Source: Candidatus Bathyarchaeota archaeon (lineage in GTDB: Archaea; Thermoproteota; Bathyarchaeia; Hecatellales; Hecatellaceae). Taken from it: a DNA stretch of 64,000 nt. The position numbers and the translations under genes were made by a program. The notes under the pieces are model-generated. The model was not told the origin of the DNA. It ran no database searches and saw only the letters and a list, made by a program, of their open reading frames with translations. The stretch spans positions 1 through 64,000 of the forward strand of contig JBQPWD010000006.1 in the NCBI GenBank assembly GCA_052246995.1. The letters run 5' to 3'. This document shows, one piece after another, positions 39,441 to 47,731 of the stretch. Position 1 is the stretch's first letter. Each line of letters starts with the position of its first letter.

Positions 39441-41147
39441 ATGCCAACCGTAAATATTTCATATAAGGATGTCTGCAGGCTGGTAGGTAGAAAGCTTAAA
39501 CTGGAAGCCCTAGAAAAGGTTTTGCCTTTAATTAAATGTGAAGTTAAATCTGTTACTGGCGAGTCTATAACTGTTGAGGTTAACTCTGACAGGCCTGATA
39601 TGTTTTCGGTTGAAGGAATTGCTAGAGTTTTTAAAGGATTTTTATCAATAGAAAAAGGTTGTCCTAGATATAAGGTTAAGAAAAGCAGTGTCACAATTAA
39701 TGTTGATGAAAAGGTTAAAAACGTCCGTCCATTTGTTGTTGGAGCCGTAATTAGAGATGTTAAGCTGGATGATGATGGATTTCAGCAGCTTATCCAGCTT
39801 CAAGAAAAACTTCATGAAACTATTGGTAGAGGACGAAGAAGGGTGGCTATTGGGGTACATAATTTTGATAAAATTAAGCCTCCAATAACTTATACAGCTA
39901 TCCCACCCGAGAAGATAGTGTTTACACCTTTAGATGGAGATAAACCCTTAACAGGAAGTGAAATTCTTGAAAAAACCTTTCAAGGTAGGAAGTATGGATA
40001 CATAATTGAAAAGTATTCTTGCTATCCTATACTTTTAGATGCTAAAAACATGGTTTTGTCAATGCCTCCAATAATAAACGCGGAGGATACAAAGGTTAAA
40101 CCTGAAACAAAAAAACTCTTTCTAGACATTACTGGATGGAGTTTTAATGCTGTAAACCAAGCTTTAAACATTCTTACTACAAGTCTTGCCGAACGTGGAG
40201 GAAAAATTGAAGGTGTTAAGGTTGTTTACCCTAGAGGCTATAAACCAAGAGTTTTTTGGGCTGGTGAGCTAAACCCAACCAGAATTAATGTAAGCCTAGA
40301 TTATATTAATGCCGTTTCAGGTTTGAATTTAAGTCTTAAAGATGCTGTTAAACTTGCTGAAAAATCACGCTTTGATGTTAAAGTTGAAAAAACCAAACTA
40401 AATTTAACAATTCCACCATACAGGTTTGATATTCTACATCCAGTAGATGTTGTTGAAGACTTGATAATAGCTTATGGGTATGATAAGGTTAAACCTGAAG
40501 AACCTAAAACATTTACAGTAGGAAAACTTATGCCTAAAACTTTATTCATGGATAAAGTTAGGGATTTAATGGTTGGCTTCGGTTTCCAAGAAATTGCAAA
40601 CTATGTTTTAACAAGTAAGGAAAACCAGATTTATAGGATGAACTTAAAAGATGAGGATGTAAAACTTATTGAACTTTTAAACCCTAAAACACTAGAATTT
40701 TCAGTTGTTCGCGGATGGCTTATTCCAGGACTCTTAATCTTTCTATCACACAACACGCATGTGGATTATCCACAAAAAATTTTTGAATGTATGGATGTTG
40801 TTGTGTTTGATGAAGAAGCTGAAACTAAAACCAGAAACGAGTTAAGAGTTGCAGCTGCAATCTGTAACTATAAGGTAAGCTATGAAGATATTCAATCCAT
40901 ACTTTACATGCTACTTAAAAACCTTAATATTAATGATTGGATTGTTGAGGAAACCACTCATCCAAGCTTTATTCCTGGAAGAGTGGCAAAAATAAAGTTT
41001 AATGGTGAAGATTTAGCAGTTTTAGGAGAAATTCATCCAAAGGTTCTTGAAAACATTAACTTACCAAATCCCGTTGCAGCTTTCGAGTTAAACTTGATGA
41101 AACCATTAAGCATATATTTAACCATGAATCAATCAACGTTTTACTAA
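39441..41147 (+). CDS. pheT: Phenylalanine-tRNA ligase beta subunit
   Basis: DRPD, QEKLH, SMPPIIN, RFDILHPVDVVED, GEIHP. Confidence 0.97.
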   Translation: MPTVNISYKDVCRLVGRKLKLEALEKVLPLIKCEVKSVTGESITVEVNSDRPDMFSVEGIARVFKGFLSIEKGCPRYKVKKSSVTINVDEKVKNVRPFVVGAVIRDVKLDDDGFQQLIQLQEKLHETIGRGRRRVAIGVHNFDKIKPPITYTAIPPEKIVFTPLDGDKPLTGSEILEKTFQGRKYGYIIEKYSCYPILLDAKNMVLSMPPIINAEDTKVKPETKKLFLDITGWSFNAVNQALNILTTSLAERGGKIEGVKVVYPRGYKPRVFWAGELNPTRINVSLDYINAVSGLNLSLKDAVKLAEKSRFDVKVEKTKLNLTIPPYRFDILHPVDVVEDLIIAYGYDKVKPEEPKTFTVGKLMPKTLFMDKVRDLMVGFGFQEIANYVLTSKENQIYRMNLKDEDVKLIELLNPKTLEFSVVRGWLIPGLLIFLSHNTHVDYPQKIFECMDVVVFDEEAETKTRNELRVAAAICNYKVSYEDIQSILYMLLKNLNINDWIVEETTHPSFIPGRVAKIKFNGEDLAVLGEIHPKVLENINLPNPVAAFELNLMKPLSIYLTMNQSTFY

Positions 41148-41222
41148 AAAACGTTTTTTAACTCAAAACTTGTGTAAACCTCCACGTTTAAGTTAAAATA
41201 TTAATTAACCAATAATTTTTTA

Positions 41223-41349
41223 TGCTGAAACCACCGTTCTCCAGAAACCCGCGGAGACGGTTCCAACCTAGTAAGCGTTCGTTCTTAAGGAACGCTATCG
41301 ATGAGGAAGGAAAAAACCCAGCCGTGGAACATGGAGGATGGTGGCAGCA
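41223..41349 (+). ncRNA. Unassigned structured RNA candidate
   Basis: GC-rich island in the convergent intergenic gap. 13-bp closing helix CCACCGTTCTCCA/TGGAGGATGGTGG with G-U pairs on the + strand, outer TGCTG/CAGCA, inner AGCGTTC/GAACGCT; AT-rich TATA-like stretch upstream. Confidence 0.55.
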
Positions 41350-41359
41350 AAAAGTCAGC

Positions 41360-42283
41360 TTACACTATCAAGGATAAAAGGCCTCTTTGAAGGTGAAGTC
41401 TATTTTCAGCTTGAAACCATACAACAGACCATGGACCATCGATAACTTCATTAGTAACTTCCCTTCCGCGGTCAGCTGGTAAGCAATGCATGAAAAGACA
41501 ATCTTTTTTTGCGTACTTAAAAAGTTCAACAGTAACCTGGTACTTTGGTAGAAAGTCTTTAAGTCTTTTCTCCATTTCAGATTCAAAACCCATCGAAACA
41601 AACGTATCAGTATAGATTATGTCAGCATCCTTAACAGCATCCTCAGGTTCTGAAGTTAACTCTATTTTTGAACCTGAAGCTGTTGCAAATTCTTTAGCCA
41701 GTTTTAAAACTTCACTTTTAGGTTCATAACCTTTTGGACATGCAATGCTCATATCTAAACCAAATTTTGCACAACCTATAAGCAAAGACTGGCAAACGTT
41801 GTTTCCATCACCAATCCATGCAAGCTTTAAACCATTTAATCTACTCTTAATCTTGTAGATTGTTAGGAAGTCGGATAAGGCTTGACATGGGTGGTAAAGG
41901 TCTGATAAGGCATTAATAACTGGAATTGTAGTGCTTTCTGCAAGCTTAACAAGAGTTGCATGATTTTTAACTCTAGCAACTATACAGTTAACATAACGCT
42001 CAAGAGTTTTACCGGTATCATAAATAGTTTCACCTCTGCTAAGCTGGGATTCGCTCCAATTAAGTGTAATAGTATTTCCACCAAGCTGTTTAACAGCAAC
42101 CTCAAAAGAAACTCTTGTTCTTGTTGAAGGTTTCTCAAACAACAAAACAACAAATTTACCGGAGAGTTTTCTTGAAAATTTTTTAAGATTTTTCTCTATT
42201 CTTAAAGATTCCTTTAAAAATTCCCAAAGCTCTTCAACAGAAAAATCTGCTAATGTTAAAAAATCTCTACCTTTAAGATTCAA
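41360..42283 (-). CDS. argF: Ornithine carbamoyltransferase
   Basis: FEKPSTRTR, HPCQ, GDGNNV, SMG, HCLPA, QAENRLH. Confidence 0.96.
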   Translation of the reverse strand: MNLKGRDFLTLADFSVEELWEFLKESLRIEKNLKKFSRKLSGKFVVLLFEKPSTRTRVSFEVAVKQLGGNTITLNWSESQLSRGETIYDTGKTLERYVNCIVARVKNHATLVKLAESTTIPVINALSDLYHPCQALSDFLTIYKIKSRLNGLKLAWIGDGNNVCQSLLIGCAKFGLDMSIACPKGYEPKSEVLKLAKEFATASGSKIELTSEPEDAVKDADIIYTDTFVSMGFESEMEKRLKDFLPKYQVTVELFKYAKKDCLFMHCLPADRGREVTNEVIDGPWSVVWFQAENRLHLQRGLLSLIV

Positions 42284-42299
42284 GTTACTCTACCTAGAC

Positions 42300-43214
42300 C
42301 TAAAATTTACCAAGCAACTGATTAACAAAAATTTTAGGGTCAAAAGGTTGTAAATCTTCATACCCACTTCCAACACCAACAAAAATTATTGGCTTTTTTG
42401 TTATGTACGAGATTGATATAGCCGCTCCACCTTTAGCATCTGCATCCATCTTAGTTAAAATTGAAGCATCAATAGGAACATATCTATTAAATTCTTCAGC
42501 TTGAAAAACGGCATCATTCCCAGTTAAAGCATCACCTACAAAAATTACAAGGTCCGGTTTAACAACCCTAACAATTTTACGCATTTCCTCCATAAGGTTT
42601 ACATTTGTTTCCATTCTTCCAGCAGTATCAATAAGAACAACATTTATCCCTTTTGCTTCAGCATGAAAAACTGCATCAAAAGCTACAGACGCTGCATCAG
42701 AACCATAACTATGCTTAATCATTTTAACTCCAAGATTTTTAGCATGATATTCAAGCTGCTCTATTGCACCAGCCCTATAAGTATCGCTACAGGCAACAAC
42801 AACAGAAAAATTGTTATCCAGGAAAAATTTTGCAAGTTTAGCTAGAGTTGTTGTTTTTCCACTACCATTAATACCAACAAAAACTATTGTAAGTGGTTTT
42901 CTTTCCATTCTTTTTTTCTCAGCAAGTTTTAAAAGCTCAATTTTTTCTCCACCACACGTAAGAACTTCAATTAAAACGTTCCTAACTAAGTCTTCAACAA
43001 CCTTTTTCTTATTGTCAAATCTTTTAACCTTAATTTCGCTAATCTTTTTAGCTGTTTCATCGATAATTTTTTCTGCAACTTCGAATGCAACGTCGTTCTC
43101 GATAAGTGTTAGCTTAAACTCTTCAAGTAGTGGTTTAACATCCTCTTCTGAAAGGCTTGTTGTTGAAACTTTATCAATAAAAGAGTTTAAAGCCTTCTTA
43201 AGTTTTTCAAACAT
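42300..43214 (-). CDS. ftsY: SRP receptor FtsY
   Basis: GINGSGKTTT, DTYRAGA, DTAGR, TKMDADAKGG. Confidence 0.97.
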   Translation of the reverse strand: MFEKLKKALNSFIDKVSTTSLSEEDVKPLLEEFKLTLIENDVAFEVAEKIIDETAKKISEIKVKRFDNKKKVVEDLVRNVLIEVLTCGGEKIELLKLAEKKRMERKPLTIVFVGINGSGKTTTLAKLAKFFLDNNFSVVVACSDTYRAGAIEQLEYHAKNLGVKMIKHSYGSDAASVAFDAVFHAEAKGINVVLIDTAGRMETNVNLMEEMRKIVRVVKPDLVIFVGDALTGNDAVFQAEEFNRYVPIDASILTKMDADAKGGAAISISYITKKPIIFVGVGSGYEDLQPFDPKIFVNQLLGKF

Positions 43215-43222
43215 ACAAAAAT

Positions 43223-43666
43223 TCACGCTTTTAAGGCGCCAGCAACTTTTTCAGCTTCTCTTCTTAAAATTTCCATTCTTTCCAGTACATTTGAAAGTTG
43301 TTGTTGAAGCGAACTTCTTACATTGTTAAGCTCATTTGCCCTACTTTCAAGGAAAGATACGGCATCTTTAGTAGACTTTTCAATTACAACACCACCGCCA
43401 ACACCAACAAGAACCCTTTCAACGTTGGAAATTTTTGCTATAACATAAGAATTTGCACCAGTAGGTATAAGAAGTTCATCACCAACCTTAAGTTTTTCAA
43501 GGTTTTGAATAGTTGTAGCAGCTATGCTAAGCTCTCTAAGCGCTGAATCCACGATTCCGATTCTAACCTGCAACTCATTACTAACGTTTTCAAGCATTCT
43601 AAGTTCAACAACAAGGTTTCTTAGCTTTTCTTCTACATCCTTTTCCTGACTATATTTTTCACTCAA
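43223..43666 (-). CDS. pfdA: Prefoldin alpha subunit
   Basis: LLIPTGANSYV...VLVGVGGGVVIEK; conserved rpl18a-pfdA-ftsY order. Confidence 0.93.
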   Translation of the reverse strand: MSEKYSQEKDVEEKLRNLVVELRMLENVSNELQVRIGIVDSALRELSIAATTIQNLEKLKVGDELLIPTGANSYVIAKISNVERVLVGVGGGVVIEKSTKDAVSFLESRANELNNVRSSLQQQLSNVLERMEILRREAEKVAGALKA

Positions 43667-43905
43667 CGAAGCTCAACTCCCGCAATCATACGTATAAGAG
43701 GATTCCTAGCTTCTGCAGGATTTATCTCCTCAACCTTAACAATTTTTATCTCATTCCTTTTAAGCTTATTCTTGCTACCAATATCGCTGTAAACTTTTTC
43801 TAAAGCTTCCTTCAAACTTAAACCCCGAACCTCTTTACTAAAAAATAAAACTTTAAAGTTAACTTTAGCCTTGCACACAACCCTAAACGTTTTAACCTCA
43901 CTCAT
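43663..43905 (-). CDS. rpl18a: 50S ribosomal protein L18Ae (eL20/LX)
   Basis: MSEVKTFRV...FSKEVRG...ALEKVYSDIGSKNKLKRNEIKI. Confidence 0.92.
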   Translation of the reverse strand: MSEVKTFRVVCKAKVNFKVLFFSKEVRGLSLKEALEKVYSDIGSKNKLKRNEIKIVKVEEINPAEARNPLIRMIAGVELR

Positions 43906-43958
43906 CAAAGACAACCCCACAAAAAGTAGGAGCAACATCATTTAAAATTAATGTTAGC

Positions 43959-44316
43959 GCGGTGGGTCCTAAGGCTTGACGCTCATACTACACCAAACCC
44001 CTTCAATCCTTCTCACACCCGCACTCCCCTAAGCGTCAAGCGTCCAGGTTTAGGTTGCTCCTTCCGGAGAGGTAACATGGAATACCTCTTCTCCCGGGCC
44101 TAGCCAGGTTCACCTGGTTAGATGGTTACCCAACCCCTACAGGTTGAGCAACCATCTCCGCCGACCCTAGGGGACAGGTGTTCATGGAAGGTTTTGGAGG
44201 AGTTTGATGTAGCTGTATGCGCCTCACCTTAGCTTTCGGCCCGCCGTATAGGGGGTTTGCGGTCGAACCCTTACGGGTTCTCAGGGAACCCCTAGCTCCC
44301 CGCCTAGACCCACCGC
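43959..44316 (-). ncRNA. ffs: Signal recognition particle (7S) RNA with a 29-nt insertion in helix 8
   Basis: Terminal helix GCGGTGGGTC/GACCCACCGC; Alu kissing loops TAGGGG/CCCCTA; helix 6 with a GTAG (GNAR) loop; helix 8 TAGG-CCC...GG-AGCAA-CCTA; upstream BRE/TATA (GGAAAA-TTTATCTT); next to the ftsY operon. Confidence 0.93.
44062..44090 (-). other. Putative BHB-type intron in SRP RNA helix 8
   Basis: CGGG-AG|A-AGAGGTA...TACCTCT-CCGG-AA|G; removal gives CCC GGGA GGG AGC. Confidence 0.7.
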
Positions 44317-44366
44317 AAAAGAATATGGTATAGAAAGTTTAAGATAAATTTTCCTTTAACTTTTCA

Positions 44367-45461
44367 TTACATCTTGTTAAACTTTAACTTTTTTTCTAAC
44401 GTCTTTTTTAGTTTATCTATTGTTTTTACTGGCGTTGGGTTTATTTTGTTTATAACTGCAAGGTAGAAGCTTACATAATCGCCGATGTATGTTGTTGAAA
44501 GCATTTTTGAAAGTTTACTTTTACCTTTGCCGTAAACCTCGAAAACTTTCTCTGTTTTTTCTTTCAAAATTTCCTTTAAGATTTCTATTCTAACTTTAAT
44601 CTCTAAAGGTTCATCGTTATCTCTTAAAAGTATAACTGAAAGAAAGTTTAAAAGGGGAGGTTTAATGTTTTCCCAACCTACAACCTCGTTATGGTTTAAT
44701 TCTGGAAGAATATCGTGTTTACAGAATACCTTACTGTTTTCGTTTATCTGAGTTTTCCACCTGTAAGCTACACTACTAAGCCATCTAAATCCGTAAATTA
44801 CTGGAAGCTTGTCTTTAAGGTTTAAAGCTAAAATTTTAGCTTCATTATGGTGTAGAGGTGTTGAGGGTTTTAAATCTTCATAAAGGCTTCTTAAAACATT
44901 TAATGCTTCCATGAATTCACTTCTAAACCCCTTAACTAACCCAAGCTTTTCCAGAATTAATGCTGGCGGTATAAAAAGGTAGGGTAAGGCAAGTCTGGGT
45001 TGAAAACCTGAAGGAACTTTAATATGTTTAACATTAAACCTTAAACAGTATTCTTCAAGTAGCCCACCTGAGCTTAAACCGATAATTGTGCAACCCTTTT
45101 TTGATGCTAAGGAAAAGCTATTCAAGGTTTCTTGAGTATTGCCAGAATAGCTTATGGCGAAAACAAGAGATTTGCTGCCTAAGTACCCTGGAATTATAGA
45201 GTCTCTGCAAACTTCCATGGATAAAGTAGCCTCCTCATAACACCAATCTTTTAAAAGGCTTCCACCAATAGAGGAGCCTCCCATGCCAAGGAATACAACA
45301 TTTAAAAAATCCTTGTTTTTAAGCCACTCCACATCAAAATTTTCAGCCAGCCTAAAAGCATCTTCATAGTAGTTGGGAGTAGATTTTAAGGCATCAGCCA
45401 TCCTAAAGCTATCAATTGTAGAAATAAGCTCAATATTATCTAAGTCATCTTTTAAAGACAA
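44367..45461 (-). CDS. Bifunctional phosphoglucose/phosphomannose isomerase
   Basis: GMGGS, SYSGNTQET, QPR.A, RWKTQINENSK, PELNHNE. Confidence 0.94.
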   Translation of the reverse strand: MSLKDDLDNIELISTIDSFRMADALKSTPNYYEDAFRLAENFDVEWLKNKDFLNVVFLGMGGSSIGGSLLKDWCYEEATLSMEVCRDSIIPGYLGSKSLVFAISYSGNTQETLNSFSLASKKGCTIIGLSSGGLLEEYCLRFNVKHIKVPSGFQPRLALPYLFIPPALILEKLGLVKGFRSEFMEALNVLRSLYEDLKPSTPLHHNEAKILALNLKDKLPVIYGFRWLSSVAYRWKTQINENSKVFCKHDILPELNHNEVVGWENIKPPLLNFLSVILLRDNDEPLEIKVRIEILKEILKEKTEKVFEVYGKGKSKLSKMLSTTYIGDYVSFYLAVINKINPTPVKTIDKLKKTLEKKLKFNKM

Positions 45462-45638
45462 AAGTTGTCACCATAACAGTTTTTACTTCAAGTAAGTAGA
45501 ATCTATACTCAATTTATAAGGTTAAGTTCTGAAAGCGGTTAAAGTTGAATCTTCCACTAAATGTTTAACTTATCAATTTTCTGGATTTGAATTTAAGCAT
45601 AATCTTTTAGTTTAAGTTTATGTTTAGATTAATCCCTA

Positions 45639-46526
45639 TTGAAAATGTTCCCAGTAAATCCTCCTAAAAGAAAAACGTCAATAATTGTTGCAATTCCTGC
45701 ATCAACAACCGCAGATGTACCACATTTACGTGAAAAAACGTTTAAAACAGGCTTTATTGGAAGAGTATTAGCAATTTTTAGGGTTGAGGAAGTTTTGATT
45801 TACAAAGATAAGGATAATAATGAAGATGTAAGGTATAATCAAGAGCTTAAGCTTATTGGAGAAATTTTAAGCTACATGGCAACACCCCAATACCTAAGGA
45901 AAAGAGTTTTTAAAGTTTCACCTAATCTTCTGTATGCAGGAATTCTTCCACCGTTAAGAACACCAGACCATCCACTAAAAAAAGGGTTGGATAAAGTTTT
46001 GAATGGTGAGGTTAGAAAGGGGTTGGTAATTAAATCTTTTAGGGAAAATTCGATTATTGACGTTGGGCTTGATAAGCCTGTAGAGGTTGAAGGGAAATTT
46101 AAGCTTGGAACAATTTTAAATGTCAAACTTTTTAAGGTTAATGGTAAGGTGAAGGGGAAGGTTATTTCTTTAGAGGAAGTAAAAGCCTACTGGGGTTTCA
46201 AGGTTAAAGCTCTAAATAAGACATTGGATGAAGTTGTTAAATCTGAGAAATTTGACCTTAAAATTGCAACTTCAAGATATGGAGAACAGCTATCCTCCAT
46301 TGTCAATATAATTGTTGACAGGTGGATTAAGTCTAAGAGGGTTCTTTTAGCTTTTGGTTCACCAACAGAAGGGTTAAGAGAAATAGTTGAGCGTAGAGGA
46401 TTTAAACTTGAAGAGCTATTTGATTTTACAGTTAACACCATACCCAATCAAGGAGTTGAAACCGTAAGAGTTGAGGAGGCTTTAGCTTCAACCTTAGCAT
46501 TATTTAACTACCTAGTTAATGATTAA
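45639..46526 (+). CDS. SPOUT-family RNA methyltransferase (DUF171)
   Basis: TPQYLRK, GILPPLRTPDH, FGSPTEGL, PNQGVETVRVEEA. Confidence 0.92.
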   Translation: MKMFPVNPPKRKTSIIVAIPASTTADVPHLREKTFKTGFIGRVLAIFRVEEVLIYKDKDNNEDVRYNQELKLIGEILSYMATPQYLRKRVFKVSPNLLYAGILPPLRTPDHPLKKGLDKVLNGEVRKGLVIKSFRENSIIDVGLDKPVEVEGKFKLGTILNVKLFKVNGKVKGKVISLEEVKAYWGFKVKALNKTLDEVVKSEKFDLKIATSRYGEQLSSIVNIIVDRWIKSKRVLLAFGSPTEGLREIVERRGFKLEELFDFTVNTIPNQGVETVRVEEALASTLALFNYLVND

Positions 46527-46551
46527 AGTTTAGTTGTGGAGGATTTAATTC

Positions 46552-47166
46552 TTGGTTAGAGGTGTTTTAATAGCTATTGAAGGGATAGACGGGGCTGGAA
46601 AAACAACCCAAGCATATATGCTTGTTGAGAGGCTTAGAAGTATAGGGTTAAAAGCTGAATACACAATGGAGCCAACTTATGGGCGTATAGGAGATATTTT
46701 AAGACTACATGTGTCAAGGATGAGGCGTAGAGAACCTATTTACGAAGCCCTTCTTTATGCCGCTGACAGGTTTGAACATGTAAAATTTTTTATTAAACCT
46801 AAATTGAGAAATGGGTGTATAGTGGTTTCAGATAGGTACTTATACTCTAACATAGCTTACCAAGGAGCTGCTGGTGTAGATGAAGAATGGATTAGAAAAT
46901 TAAATTTTTTTGCACCAAAACCAGATTTGACAATATACATTGACATTAAACCTAGGGAAGGGTTAAAAAGAAAGAAAGGTGAAAAAAGTGTTTTTGAAAA
47001 GTTGGAGTATGAGGAGAAAGTGAGAAAAATTTACTTAAAAATTGCTAAAAGTGAGAAGTTTATCATTGTTGATGGTGTAAAAGACGTTAAGGCGGTTCAT
47101 GAAGAAATTTTCAGGAATGTCTGCAAACTTTTAAGGAAAAAAGGTTTTAGTGTCCAACAATTTTGA
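46552..47166 (+). CDS. tmk: Thymidylate kinase
   Basis: EGIDGAGKTT, AADRFEH, DRYLYSNIAYQG. Confidence 0.96.
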   Translation: MVRGVLIAIEGIDGAGKTTQAYMLVERLRSIGLKAEYTMEPTYGRIGDILRLHVSRMRRREPIYEALLYAADRFEHVKFFIKPKLRNGCIVVSDRYLYSNIAYQGAAGVDEEWIRKLNFFAPKPDLTIYIDIKPREGLKRKKGEKSVFEKLEYEEKVRKIYLKIAKSEKFIIVDGVKDVKAVHEEIFRNVCKLLRKKGFSVQQF

Positions 47167-47686
47167 CAATTCTTAAAGGTTTAAAACCTTCCACCTTTAA
47201 CCTCTTATTTATAGTTTGAATAAGCTTCTTTATTAGAATGTCAAGCGGAATCTTTCTTGTACCCTTAAAATGGTTAATAAGAATCTTAAATTTATTATGC
47301 TCTTCAAACATGAATCTTACATAGTAAAAGTCTGACCAAAGAGAAATTTCCTTTTCACCTTTCTTATACTTGTAAAGTGTACGGACAAGGAAATCTATAT
47401 TTTTAACAGAATCCCTTTTAACATACTCCTTAAACTTTTCAACCTCATCTTTACCTAAAAAAATGAAAGTTGTGCCTTCAGCAATACCAACCTCAAATAT
47501 ACATTTTGAGCGGGGTGTTGGAGTTAAAATTTTTGGAGTTAAAGTTTCTATGCACCCGTTTAATTCTTTAAAAGCTTCAACTATAAGGATTTGAAGCTTC
47601 TCTAATGGAATTTTATACTCCACCTGCGAAAAAGCTTGAACAATGTTTGGAAATACTTCAAAGTTTCCAAACATTGGATTCTTCAA
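47147..47686 (-). CDS. Hypothetical protein
   Basis: 179-aa ORF, FEVGIAEG..F motif; divergent from hef. Confidence 0.7.
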   Translation of the reverse strand: MKNPMFGNFEVFPNIVQAFSQVEYKIPLEKLQILIVEAFKELNGCIETLTPKILTPTPRSKCIFEVGIAEGTTFIFLGKDEVEKFKEYVKRDSVKNIDFLVRTLYKYKKGEKEISLWSDFYYVRFMFEEHNKFKILINHFKGTRKIPLDILIKKLIQTINKRLKVEGFKPLRIVKIVGH

Positions 47687-47731
47687 CCTTAAATATTACT
47701 GGAAAAGTTACTAATATATGGTTTTCAGGTA

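Noticed and set aside
41223-41349. Structured element as 5S rRNA, hammerhead ribozyme, H/ACA guide or terminator
   Set aside because: No 5S motifs; CUGAUGA/GAAA core not correctly arranged; ACA too far from a pocket; too complex for a simple terminator.
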